Part shown: one piece after another, positions 1-9,403 of the stretch | Layout: the number at the start of each line of letters is the position of its first letter | Position numbering within the stretch: the first letter of the stretch is position 1 | Assembly: GCA_023957115.1 (NCBI GenBank) | Contig: JAMLHN010000001.1 | Location: 92,708-156,707, forward strand | Direction of reading: 5' to 3' | Source: Thermomicrobiales bacterium | GTDB lineage: Bacteria; Chloroflexota; Chloroflexia; Thermomicrobiales; UBA6265 | DNA length: 64,000 nt | Translations under genes and position numbers: made by a program | The notes under the pieces: model-generated | What the model was told of the DNA's origin: nothing | The model's database searches: none | Seen by the model: only the letters and a program-made list of their open reading frames with translations

Positions 1-829
1 TGCTCCCTCACGCGCCTGGCTTATTGCTGCGTCCGCGAGCTCGCGGACGAATCGTGTTGCCGCCGCTGGTTGTTCGTTCGACGGCAGTGTATCCAGATAA
101 TTGATCATTGCACTGGCGACGACGACTCCGTCGCCGATTGCCGCCGCTTGTTGATACGGTCAGGTCGAAATGCCGAACCCGATCGCCAGCGGGATATCGA
201 TCTGGGTCCGCACCCGGCCAATGTACTCGCTCAGATTGTCGGCCAGACTGGCGCGCGCTCCCGTAACGCCCGTCAAGAGACGCAACATGAACCCGCTCGC
301 ACGCTGGGCAACCTCGGAAATACGCCGGTCGGTGGTGGTCGGCGCCACCATGTAGATCAGGTCGGCGCCGCCGGCTGCTGTGGGGAACGCGAAAGTCGTC
401 GCTGCTTTCCTCGATGGGAAGATCGGCAATGATGAATCCATCGACCCCGACGCGCTGGGCTTCGGTTGCCAGGCTCTCGATTCCGAACTGGAAGAACGGA
501 GCCGATTTGGCCCATGAAGACGATGGGAATCTCGACCCTGTTGGCGCGGGCATATTCGACCATCTCGAAGGCGGTGGTCAGCCGGCGCCGTTCTCCAGGG
601 CGACCTGGCTGGTCCGTTGCACCGTGGTGCCGTCGGCGAGGGGACCGGAGAAGGGAATGCCGATCTCGATCAGGTCGGCCCCCCCGGCCACGATCGCCAT
701 CAACCAATCACGCGAGGCTTCGATTGTCGGATAGCCGGCGGTCAGAAACGGCATCAGCGCCGCGCGATTTTCCGCGCGCGCCTTCTCGAATGCGGCGGCA
801 ATCCGCGCGTTGGGAGTGGGTACGGTCAC
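1..829 (-). pseudogene. trpA: tryptophan synthase alpha chain; C-terminus runs off the left edge; reading frame broken
   Basis: GTG at 829 overlaps the trpB stop (GTGA). TrpA-like segments sit in different frames: [26 protein letters not shown]; TTAFEMVEYARANRVEIPIVFMG; FQFGIESLATEAQRVGVDGFIIADLPIEE; AGGADLIYMVAPTTTDRRI..IPLAIGFGIST. An in-frame TGA at 160-162 is followed by PYQQAAAIGDGVVVASAMINYL, which continues to position 1. At least 3 frameshifts plus 1 in-frame stop. Confidence 0.85.
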
Positions 830-2046
830 AGGTCCACCTTCAGTGATTTTGCGACCGTTTCGAGATCCTTGTCCCCACGGCCGGAAAGATTGATGACGAT
901 CACATCGGATTGCGGCCGAGTGCTGGCTTCCTTCATCCCATACGCAATTGCATGGCTCGATTCGAGCGCCGGAATGATCCCCTCGGTGCGGCAGAGGGCC
1001 TGGAAGCCTTCCAGCGCCTCCTCGTCGGTAATCGCGACATAGCGTGCGCGACCGGCATCGTGGAGCCAGGCATGCTCCGACCGACGCCCGGGTAGTCGAG
1101 CCCGGCTGAGATCGAATGCGTTTCGACGACCTGCCCGTTGTCGTCCTGGAGTACGTACGAGCGGGAGCCGTGGAGCACGCCTTCGCGGCCAGCGGTGATC
1201 GTCGCTGAATGGAGCCCGCTCTCCAGCCCGTGACCACCCGCTTCGACGCCGATGAGGTCGACATCCTTGTCCGCGACGAACGGGTAGAACATGCCGATCG
1301 CATTCGAGCCGCCGCCGACGCAAGCGATAACTGCGTTCGGGAGCGCTCCCGTTTTTTCGATGATCTGAGCCCGCGCTTCACGGCCGATGACGGCCTGCAG
1401 ATCGCGGACGATTACTGGGTAAGGGTGCATCCCGGCGGCGGTCCCGAAAAGATAGAAGGTCGAGTCGACATTGGTGACCCAATCGCGGATCGCTTCGTTG
1501 ATCGCGTCTTTGAGGGTCTTCGAGCCGGAGGAGACCGAGCGAACCTCGGCCCCGAGGAGCTTCATGCGGAAGACATTCGGTTTCTGGCGCTCGATGTCGA
1601 TCTCGCCCATGTAGACGATGCATTCGAGTCCGAGCAGGGCGCAGACCGTCGCGGTGGCCACGCCGTGCTGTCCGGCGCCTGTCTCGGCAATGATGCGCTT
1701 CTTGCCCATGCGCTTGGCCAGGAGACCCTGGCCGATGGCGTTATTGATCTTGTGCGCGCCGGTATGGGCCAGGTCTTCGCGTTTCAAGAAAATGCGCGCG
1801 CCGCCGACTTCCGCAGCGAGCCGCTCCGCCTCGTACAGGGGAGTGGGCCGTCCGACATAATCTCGGGCCAGACGCCGGATCTCACCGAGATAGGCGACAT
1901 CGTGCTTGGCGTCTTCCCACGCCGCTTCGAGCTCTTCGAGGGCGGGCATGAGCGTTTCGGGCGCATATTGTCCGCCGAACCGGCCACGCTCCTGCTCATT
2001 CGGATAGGTGGGTCAGATTCGCTCGTTCGACCGTTTCGATGACCAT
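826..2046 (-). pseudogene. trpB: tryptophan synthase beta chain, frame broken near the N-terminus (~2005) and near ~1080
   Basis: The 338-aa ORF 933..1949 is clearly TrpB ([43 protein letters not shown]). The C-terminal 80 aa ([45 protein letters not shown]) are in the frame of ORF 826..1323. Upstream of M1949 the frame reads [21 protein letters not shown] with no start codon. An ATG at 2046 (MVIETVERANL) lies in another frame. Confidence 0.9.
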
Positions 2047-2258
2047 GTTTTGCTCCGGTCGCCGGAGTAGCGCGCAGCAATACCCCGGCGTTGTAAACGC
2101 AAGGTGGAATGATACTCGGCTTGTGGCGACCGATCTTCGGCGGTCCGAGATTTGGGCATGAAAACATGCCCAGTGCAGAATCGGAATGGCCCGCTCGGCA
2201 GTTTCGTGCGTGAATTCCTAGCAGGGGGATTTGATCGAGTGAGCCGGTCGACCGGGGG

Positions 2259-4091
2259 TCAGGACGGTGTCGCGACCGAAAAAGACTCCAGCTCGGTCTG
2301 CGTATCTGAATCGTATCTGGCGAAGATTCGCCGGTAGAGGGCGCATCGGTCCAACAATTCGTCGTGCGATCCGACATCGACCACTTCGCCCTTGCGCAGG
2401 ACGACCACTTTGTCTGCCCAGCGGATTTGTGACAGGCGGTGCGTGATCAGGATCGTCGTACGTCCTTCCAGCACGCGCCGGATGGCGCGCTGGATTTCAT
2501 CCTCGGTTTGACTGTCGATAGCACTGGTCGAATCGTCGATGATGAGGATGGCCGGATCGGTGATCAATGCGCGCGCGATCGCGATACGCTGCCGCTGGCC
2601 ACCAGAGAGGGTGACGCCGCGCTCGCCGATGACGGTTTCATACCCGTGCGGCAAGTCCCGAATGAAGGCGTCGGCCTGCGCGTCCCTGGCCGCGGCTTCG
2701 ATCGTTGCCAGCTCCACATCCTGACCCAGACTGAATCCGATGTTCTCGACCACTGGGCGGGAGAAGAGGACGATGTCCTGCTCGATCGTCGAAATCTGCG
2801 AGCGGAGCGAATCGAGCTTCCACGCGCGGACATCGATTCCATCGACCAGCACATGCCCGGAATCGACATCGTAGATCCGGTTGATCAGCTTGGTCAGCGT
2901 GCTCTTGCCGGAACCCGTTTCCCCGACGATTGCCACCGTCTCGCCCGGAGCGGCATGGAACGAGACGTTTTTCAGCACTGGCTCGCCACCGTACGAAAAG
3001 GTGACGTTCTCGAACCGAATATCCCCGGCGATCTTGCCCACATGTCCGGCAGCGTTGCTGTCCAGGTCGGATTCATCGTTCAGGATGTCGAGAATACGAC
3101 GTGCGCTGACCAGGCCGATTTGCACCAGCGAGAAGGTGAAGATCGAGATGAAGGTCGGAAAACGCAGGAGTGAGACAAGGCCGATATAGGTGATCAGCTC
3201 GCCGATCGTCAGCTGGTCGCGCGAGTGGAAATAGATGCCCAGCAGCAGCGAGCTGGCGATCGTCGCGGCCAGCAGCAATGGTGGAAGATAGCGGGCTTGC
3301 ACCATCCCCTGTTCGACAAAGGCATCGCGGTAGGCGGTCGCATGCGTATCGAACTTCGCGTCCTCCTGCTCTTCCTGCGCCATCGATTTGACGACTTCGA
3401 CGCCGGTCACGGCTTCGGCGAGTCCGGAATTGAGCATGCCGAAGCTCGTGCGCATGGCGGTCGATGCGGGCGTGAGGCGCTTCATGTAGTGACGAAGCGA
3501 GAGGAAGAAGAGCGCCGTGAAGATGAGTGGTGGTGGCAGCAGCTTCGGATCGAGCAGCGCGATGGTGACGATGGGAACGACCAGCGCGGTGAACGAGTCG
3601 ATGATCAACGCCGTTCCCGGGTTGACCATCATGCCAAGCTGCCGGACGTCGTTGGCCGTGCGGGCCATCAGGTCGCCGACTTGCTGGCGGTTGTGATAGG
3701 TCTGGCTCTTGCCGAGGAGGCTGACGTAGATCTCGTCTCGCGCGTCGCGCGAGAAGCGCTGGGCGATGGTCTCGTTGGCGAGACTGGCGCCGAGATCGAG
3801 CAACCCGCGGACCACGATCGTGACGAGCACGACGATGGCGATCGTCGTCAAGCGGCCGCCGTCGGGCGGAGTCTCGAGGACCGCGGTGAATGCCGCTCCG
3901 ACGAGAATCGGAAGGACGCTGCCCAGGATGTTCTGGGTAATCATCCCCCCAACGGCCGCGAAGAGCAGCAGCTTGTACCGCGTGAGATGCCAGCGAATCC
4001 ACCTGCCGGCGCTCCGGCGATTGCTCAATTGTTGTCCTTCGACCGAAAACTCTGTTGCTGACACGCTGCGCTGCTTTACGAGTGGCGTCAC
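2259..4091 (-). CDS. ABC exporter, fused permease/ATP-binding half-transporter (MsbA/MdlB type)
   Basis: Intact 610-aa ORF. Six-TM N-terminal domain, then Walker A GETGSGKST, signature LSGGQRQRIAIARA and Walker B ILIIDDSTSAID. Confidence 0.9.
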   Translation of the reverse strand: MTPLVKQRSVSATEFSVEGQQLSNRRSAGRWIRWHLTRYKLLLFAAVGGMITQNILGSVLPILVGAAFTAVLETPPDGGRLTTIAIVVLVTIVVRGLLDLGASLANETIAQRFSRDARDEIYVSLLGKSQTYHNRQQVGDLMARTANDVRQLGMMVNPGTALIIDSFTALVVPIVTIALLDPKLLPPPLIFTALFFLSLRHYMKRLTPASTAMRTSFGMLNSGLAEAVTGVEVVKSMAQEEQEDAKFDTHATAYRDAFVEQGMVQARYLPPLLLAATIASSLLLGIYFHSRDQLTIGELITYIGLVSLLRFPTFISIFTFSLVQIGLVSARRILDILNDESDLDSNAAGHVGKIAGDIRFENVTFSYGGEPVLKNVSFHAAPGETVAIVGETGSGKSTLTKLINRIYDVDSGHVLVDGIDVRAWKLDSLRSQISTIEQDIVLFSRPVVENIGFSLGQDVELATIEAAARDAQADAFIRDLPHGYETVIGERGVTLSGGQRQRIAIARALITDPAILIIDDSTSAIDSQTEDEIQRAIRRVLEGRTTILITHRLSQIRWADKVVVLRKGEVVDVGSHDELLDRCALYRRIFARYDSDTQTELESFSVATPS

Positions 4092-4165
4092 ACGATGACC
4101 GCTGCCAACCTTGCTGGCAATGCTGACCGGCGGTGACGTCTGCCGCCGGAGAAGATCAGCCGAGG

Positions 4166-4900
4166 TTAGCCGGAAATATCGACTGGTTCGCCGTAGCCGT
4201 AGATGTCGAGCCGTCGCACGACATCGTTCGAGTCGTAGGAAACGAAGCTCCCGCCAATCCGAACAGACGAGATGAGCCCATCTTCATTGATTGCGACATC
4301 AACGGGACGCGCGCCGAGCGACTCGGCATATCCACGAACCGCGTCATCCTGAATGAGGGCCGGATTGAACGTCCCAGTGATCCAGATGATCCGCGCTCCC
4401 GTTTTGGTCGTCTCGATGGAAGAGACGACCGGGTTCTCAACTGCCCCGACCAGATCGGGCAGCAGGAGCACCGGGTCGGCAATGATATGCGCCAGACTGC
4501 TGGGAAGGGTGTAATCCTCGTTGATGCCGACCGCACGCACTTCTGCCTTGTCGCCGATGACCGTTGCCTTGATATTGATCTTGACGAACCCAATCTTGGT
4601 TTGAACCGTTGCCTCCATTTTCCCCGGACGCTCGATGGCGCCGGACGCTTTGGTCATCTTGATGCCGGTAAAGAGATTGGTGCTCCCTTTTTCGTAGACC
4701 AGATCGAACTTCATGGTCTGGTACCCGAGCATTCGCTCGGCGGCATCCATGAGCAGCTGCTCGGCGGGATCGCCCACCTCCTGTGCGGAGACCGGCGGTC
4801 CGAGCGTGAGGCCTCCGGCGAAGCTGGTGGCAGCCAGAATGACGATCAGAATAGCTGTCGGGAATCTGCGCAGTCGGGACATCGTCGTACGTCCGCTCAC
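4166..4900 (-). CDS. secreted LppX_LprAFG/LolA-like fold protein (paralog 2), no lipobox cysteine
   Basis: 244-aa ORF with an N-terminal signal/anchor (TAILIVILAATSFAGG). The overall pattern resembles LprG-family proteins and the upstream paralog. It starts 1 nt after the upstream gene's stop. Confidence 0.45.
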   Translation of the reverse strand: MSGRTTMSRLRRFPTAILIVILAATSFAGGLTLGPPVSAQEVGDPAEQLLMDAAERMLGYQTMKFDLVYEKGSTNLFTGIKMTKASGAIERPGKMEATVQTKIGFVKINIKATVIGDKAEVRAVGINEDYTLPSSLAHIIADPVLLLPDLVGAVENPVVSSIETTKTGARIIWITGTFNPALIQDDAVRGYAESLGARPVDVAINEDGLISSVRIGGSFVSYDSNDVVRRLDIYGYGEPVDISG

Positions 4901-4901
4901 G

Positions 4902-5651
4902 TTAGGAAGCTGCTGGATTCTGGATCGTGATGTCGCCGTTGAAATTGGAGAACGTAATCGAACGGACGATACGTCCAGTTCCTTCCTCGAAGCTGAAAAG
5001 CGGGCCGACGAAGTCGATCCGGGTGAGCCGGTCCTGATCGTCGACCCAGAGTTTGACGTCCAGCGGCTCGCTGGCAGCAGCGATCGTAAAACCTTCGCCT
5101 TCGATCGCGGGCGTACCCGTGCTGACCAGACGCGAGGGATCGAAGGTTCCGGTTATGACAGTCATCGTTTGCCCGTCAAGGTCTTCGGTCCCGGCGAGTG
5201 CTGGATTCTCCAGGAAGCTCAGCGCCGATTGAACCAGCGCGTCGGGATTGATGAGATCCATGGGGGGAAGGTCGAATTCCGATCCGGCGCCGGTGAGCTG
5301 GATGAACGAATCACCGCCACCGATCGGGTTCTTCACCCAGATCGTGCCGTCCAGACCGACGACTTCGAGGGTGAGATCGAGAATCGCAACATGCACCGAT
5401 ACCTTCGCCTGAAAATCGGATGGGCGGACGACATCTCCCTCGACCCCACGAAGCTCCACTGCGTCCTGGAAAACGGTCTTGCCGGCGGTGGTTTCCAGCG
5501 CGAAGTGGAACGACTGCAGCTCCAGCATGGCCGCGGCCGTTGCGTCGAGCTGTGCCTGGGCGTCGTCCTGGGCGATCGTGACATGCTCCGGGACGGCGAG
5601 CAGACCGAGGAGGAGCAAGAGCAGAAGAGAACGTTTGAGGAATCGATTCAT
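4902..5651 (-). CDS. secreted LppX_LprAFG/LolA-like fold protein (paralog 1), no lipobox cysteine
   Basis: 249-aa ORF with signal peptide MNRFLKRSLLLLLLLGLLAVPEHVTIAQ. Similar length and motif spacing to the adjacent paralog. The family call rests on remembered LprG sequence features only. Confidence 0.45.
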   Translation of the reverse strand: MNRFLKRSLLLLLLLGLLAVPEHVTIAQDDAQAQLDATAAAMLELQSFHFALETTAGKTVFQDAVELRGVEGDVVRPSDFQAKVSVHVAILDLTLEVVGLDGTIWVKNPIGGGDSFIQLTGAGSEFDLPPMDLINPDALVQSALSFLENPALAGTEDLDGQTMTVITGTFDPSRLVSTGTPAIEGEGFTIAAASEPLDVKLWVDDQDRLTRIDFVGPLFSFEEGTGRIVRSITFSNFNGDITIQNPAAS

Positions 5652-5965
5652 GTGAGCTCCGGGATTCGATGCAAGATCATGTCATAGATAACTCGACCGA
5701 CGATTGTACGCGCATGCGCGCTACCGTACGGGGATTTCGTGGTCTTTTCTCGCCCTATGCTCTGGATCGGACCGCATAGTGGCGGCCAATCGCCTCGATC
5801 GGGACGCTCCGTGGGAGCCTGTGCGCTGAATCGGCGCCCCGATCGGCGAATCGCGTAGTCGCGCACCGGTTCGGGTTTCGGTTTCGATCACTGCCAATCC
5901 AAATCCACGCTAGACTTCCACTCTTGCCCGGGAGCGGGCTGGAGGGTTTCTTCGTGGGCTTTATC

Positions 5966-7823
5966 ATGGAGGGGCTCGACGCCGAATCGTACGACCGCAC
6001 GTACGATGACCGTGGCTTGATCGAGCGCATTCTCAAGTACTTCACACCGCAACGCCGCGCCATGGCAGTCATCGTTGTGATGATTCTGCTCAATTCGGCG
6101 ATGGACGCGTTGCTACCCGTGCTGATCTCCAGCACGATCAACCAGCTCGATGGGTCGGGCGATCTCTTCGGTCCCCGGCTCTACCTGCTCTTCGTCGCGA
6201 TTCTGGTCGCTGGGGGATGTTCCTGGCTCTTCAACTATGGTCGGCAATCGCGCTCGGCGCAGGTAGTTGGCAATGTCGTTCGCAATCTGCGGGTGGACCG
6301 CGTTCAAAGCGGCCATGCGCCGCGATATGTCGTTCTTCGATGAGCAGCAGTCGGGCCGTATCGTCTCCCGGGTTACATCGGACACGGACGAGTTCGCCAA
6401 TGTCGTCACCCTGACGCTCAATCTGGCCAGTCAGGTGCTGTTGGTGGTGTTCGTCGCGGGCTTTCTCTTCTACCGAAACTGGAAGCTGGCGCTTATCGCC
6501 TTAGCGATGGCGCCGGTCATCATGGCGGTTGCCCTGGCATTCCGAAAGATCGCGCGCTCGACCTCCACCGGCGCCCAGCGGGCGATGGCCAATGTCAACA
6601 AGACGATCCAGGAGACGATGCGCGGGATCTCGGTGGCCAAGAACTTCCGGCAGGAAGCACAGGTCTATCGAGAATTCGATGACGTCAACCGGCAGGCATA
6701 TGACGTCACCCTGCGGCAGGGCTACATCTACAGCGGGATCTTTCCCATTCTCCTGATCGTTTCTGGGTTCGGCACCGTCGCCATCCTCTATTTTGGTGGA
6801 CGGCTGGTCGTCGACGGCTCGATGAGCGCGGGAGACTGGTACCTCTTCCTGCAGGTTATTGCGCTTTTCTGGTTGCCGCTCACCAGTATTGCTTCGTTCT
6901 GGAGTCAGTTCCAGCAGGGGCTTTCGGCATCGGAGCGTGTCTTCGCGCTTATCGATGCGGCGCCGCGTGTGGTGCAGATCGCCGATGACGAGCTGGTCGA
7001 TTTTCAGGGAGAGATCGAGTTTCGCCATGTCGATTTCGCCTATGTGGAGGGGCAGCCGGTTCTCCAGGACTTCTCCCTGCATATCCGTCTGGGGGAGATG
7101 GTTGCCCTGGTTGGGCACACGGGCGCAGGCAAGTCGACGCTGGGCAAGCTGATCGCGCGCTTCTACGAGTTCCAGGGTGGCGAGATTCTGCTCGATGGTA
7201 AAGACATTCGCACCTTCGATCTGCAGAGCCTGCGGCGGCAGATTGGGATGGTGCCGCAGACGCCATTCCTCTTTTCCGGAACGGTGGCCGACAACATCCG
7301 CTATCCGCGTCAGGATGCGACCGACGCCGAAGTGAACGAGGCGGCGCAGCGAATTGGCGGCGGCGACTGGCTCGACGTGCTCGAGAATGGACTGGAAACC
7401 CAGGCCGGCGAACAGGGACGCGCGCTCTCGATGGGCCAGCGCCAGCTCGTGGCGCTGGCGCGGTTGCTGATCCAGCGCCCACGGGTGGTCGTGCTGGATG
7501 AGGCGACCGCCAGTGTCGATCCATTGACCGAAACGCAGATTCAGGAGGGGCTCGATACCGTCCTGGACGATCGAACTTCGATCGCGATCGCACATCGCCT
7601 GGTGACCGTACGCCATGCCGATCGGATCGTCGTGCTCGATCACGGCCGGATCGTGGAGCAGGGGACTCACGACGCATTGATGCGCTCGGGAGGACAGTAC
7701 TCGGAGTTGTACAACACCTATTTCCGCCATCAGTCGCCCGACTACCGTCCGCCCGAGGTGGATTCCATGGCCGAACCAGCGCCGGTACCGCTCAGGGCTC
7801 GACCGGCCGACTTCACCGTCTAG
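5966..7823 (+). pseudogene. ABC exporter, fused permease/ATP-binding half-transporter; single frame break near 6298
   Basis: The N-terminal TM region (ORF 5924..6343) and ORF 6267..7823 (Walker A GHTGAGKST, LSMGQRQLVALAR, VVVLDEATASVD) join as ..VVRNLRVD|AFKAAMRRDMSFFDE if one C of CC 6298-6299 is removed. Divergent from the 5651 operon. Confidence 0.85.
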
Positions 7824-7887
7824 AGGGCCAACTCCCAACGTCCAGTGCGGATTTTCTGGACTCTGGGACATCGCACACTGGACAATC

Positions 7888-7988
7888 CTCCGGGCTCCGG
7901 GCTCCGGGCTCGGGCTCCGGGCTCCGGGCCCGGGCTCCGGCGCTGGCCTGGGCTCCGGGCGGCTCCGGGCTCCGGGCTCCGGGCTCCT
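7888..7988. repeat. tandem heptamer array, roughly 13 units of GGGCTCC (complement GGAGCCC) with a few 6-nt variants
   Basis: Read directly: cgggctc cgggctc cgggctc gggctc cgggctc ... The array starts 65 nt after the ABC gene stop. Confidence 0.9.
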
Positions 7989-8079
7989 CAAACTGCGCGC
8001 TCTGTTATCCTACGTACCAAGCTAATCAAAAGTTAGCCATTGTCGATTTCTTCTTTATCGAAAAAGGAGCGCAACACGC

Positions 8080-8485
8080 GTGTCTGAGCACTCGGTTATT
8101 CCTGCGTCGCACCAGGATCTGCTCGATTCGACCGCCCTGGCGGATATCGCCACCATTGGTCCGGACGGCTCCCCACAGGTGAACCCGGTTTGGTTCGGAT
8201 GGGATGGCAAACGGGTCAGCTTCAGCCAGACCAAGGCGCGGCAGAAGTACAGGAATCTTCACAAGGACAATCGTATCGCGTTGTCGATCGTCGATCCGGC
8301 CAACCCCTATCGGTACATGGAGATTCGCGGCAAGGTCGTCGAATTCATCGAAGATCCCGACAAGGCGTTCATCGACTCGATGGCCAAGAAGTACCTCGAG
8401 GCAGGATAAGTACCCGTGGAATCAGCCAGGTGACGAGCGGGTGATCGTGGTGGTCGAGCCCGAGCGCGCCCTCACGATGGGATAG
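8080..8485 (+). pseudogene. PPOX-class (pyridoxamine 5'-phosphate oxidase family, probably F420-dependent) protein; frame break near 8402
   Basis: GTG start. The sequence LADIATIGPDGSPQVNPVWFGWDGKRVSFSQTKARQKYRNLHKDNRIALSIVD is typical of the family. The C-terminus DKYPWNQPGDERVIVVVEPERALTMG is in the frame of ORF 8204..8485. Confidence 0.8.
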
Positions 8486-8596
8486 GGATGGGTGGCGAGG
8501 TCCTGAGTCCTGAGCGGACGACGGGCCCGAAGAGAAACCCGGTATCGGAGATCGACGTGTTCGGGTTCCTCAACGTGCCCAATATACGCAGCCACA

Positions 8597-8636
8597 GATG
8601 CAATGAACCCGGGAGGCTTCCCGGGTTCATTGCATC
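8597..8636. other. perfect 18-bp stem / 4-nt loop hairpin in the convergent intergenic region
   Basis: gatgcaatgaacccggga ggct tcccgggttcattgcatc. Complementarity checked base by base. No U-tract on either side. Confidence 0.9.
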
Positions 8637-8747
8637 GAACGAGGACTGCAGTGCGACAGATAAACCGTCCATGGCGTACGCCTGCGTGAGCTCAAGCCAG
8701 TTCATCTTCTCAGGACACGAGACCCAAGACTCAGAACCCGGTTACAT

Positions 8748-9035
8748 TCAATCGTCCAGCATCGAAATCAGCAACCCGATCAGGTCCGCCGGGTAGTCAT
8801 CCACCGCGGCATCGGCCCGGAAGGGGCCCCAGATTTTCACGTCGAGCGTAAAGTCCCCCGGCTGCGGCTCCCAGAGATCGCTCCCCCAGCTCGTCCGGCA
8901 CGCCAGTTCTGCATTGCGCACCAGAAGAGCGACTCCGCCCTCGGATCGGCGTTTCGGGTGGTTGCATTCACCCAGACAGCTTTTCGATCCAGAGACATGA
9001 TGAATACATGTGCCGCACCTGCGGAGTACCGGCAT
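8748..9035 (-). CDS. hypothetical small Cys-rich protein (CxxC...C...C)
   Basis: ORF 8748..9179. The most plausible start is the ATG at 9035 (MPVLRRCGTCIHHVSGSKSCLGECNHP...). No family recognised. Confidence 0.35.
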   Translation of the reverse strand: MPVLRRCGTCIHHVSGSKSCLGECNHPKRRSEGGVALLVRNAELACRTSWGSDLWEPQPGDFTLDVKIWGPFRADAAVDDYPADLIGLLISMLDD

Positions 9036-9403
9036 CGCACACCCCTTGTGACCCGTCGAGCGGGCCGCTGCCACTCCCAAGCTTCCCCACCCCAGGGAAG
9101 TAAATTCAGGCTCACGAAGAGAAGGGCCGCGCGCCAGGGCGCGAGCGCCACCCTCTGCTCCGTTTCGCCTCAATGTCAACGATGCTATCGGACAAGAACG
9201 CGATCTTCAACTGAACGAACGGGCAAGTTGGCAAAATTGCCCTATGCGCCGGCTTAGACGTTGGGGAAGCAATCGTGTTGCCGTGTGAACGGACATGCAT
9301 CCGTGCCTGAAAGGCACGCGATTTGTCGCATACGACAATATGAGCTGCCCGGTAGAATGCCCCCATGACGATCGTGTTCGAACAAAAAATCGAGGAGTAA
9401 TCG

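Noticed and set aside
160-162. In-frame TGA in trpA as selenocysteine or programmed recoding
   Set aside because: The position is not a redox-active residue in TrpA, no SECIS-like hairpin is evident, and the gene carries several additional frameshifts.
2154-2171. Hairpin gggcatg-aaaa-catgccc between the ABC exporter gene and trpB as terminator or trp attenuator
   Set aside because: It has a 7-bp stem with no flanking U-tract on the minus strand and no leader peptide with Trp codons. The evidence is too weak to call.
7888-7988. Possible CRISPR array
   Set aside because: The units are contiguous 7-mers with no spacers and no cas genes. This is a microsatellite, not a CRISPR array.
6501-7991. 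496-aa minus-strand ORF beginning in the GGGCTCC array
   Set aside because: It is antisense to the ABC exporter gene and has a low-complexity Arg/Pro/Gly-rich translation typical of shadow ORFs in GC-rich DNA.
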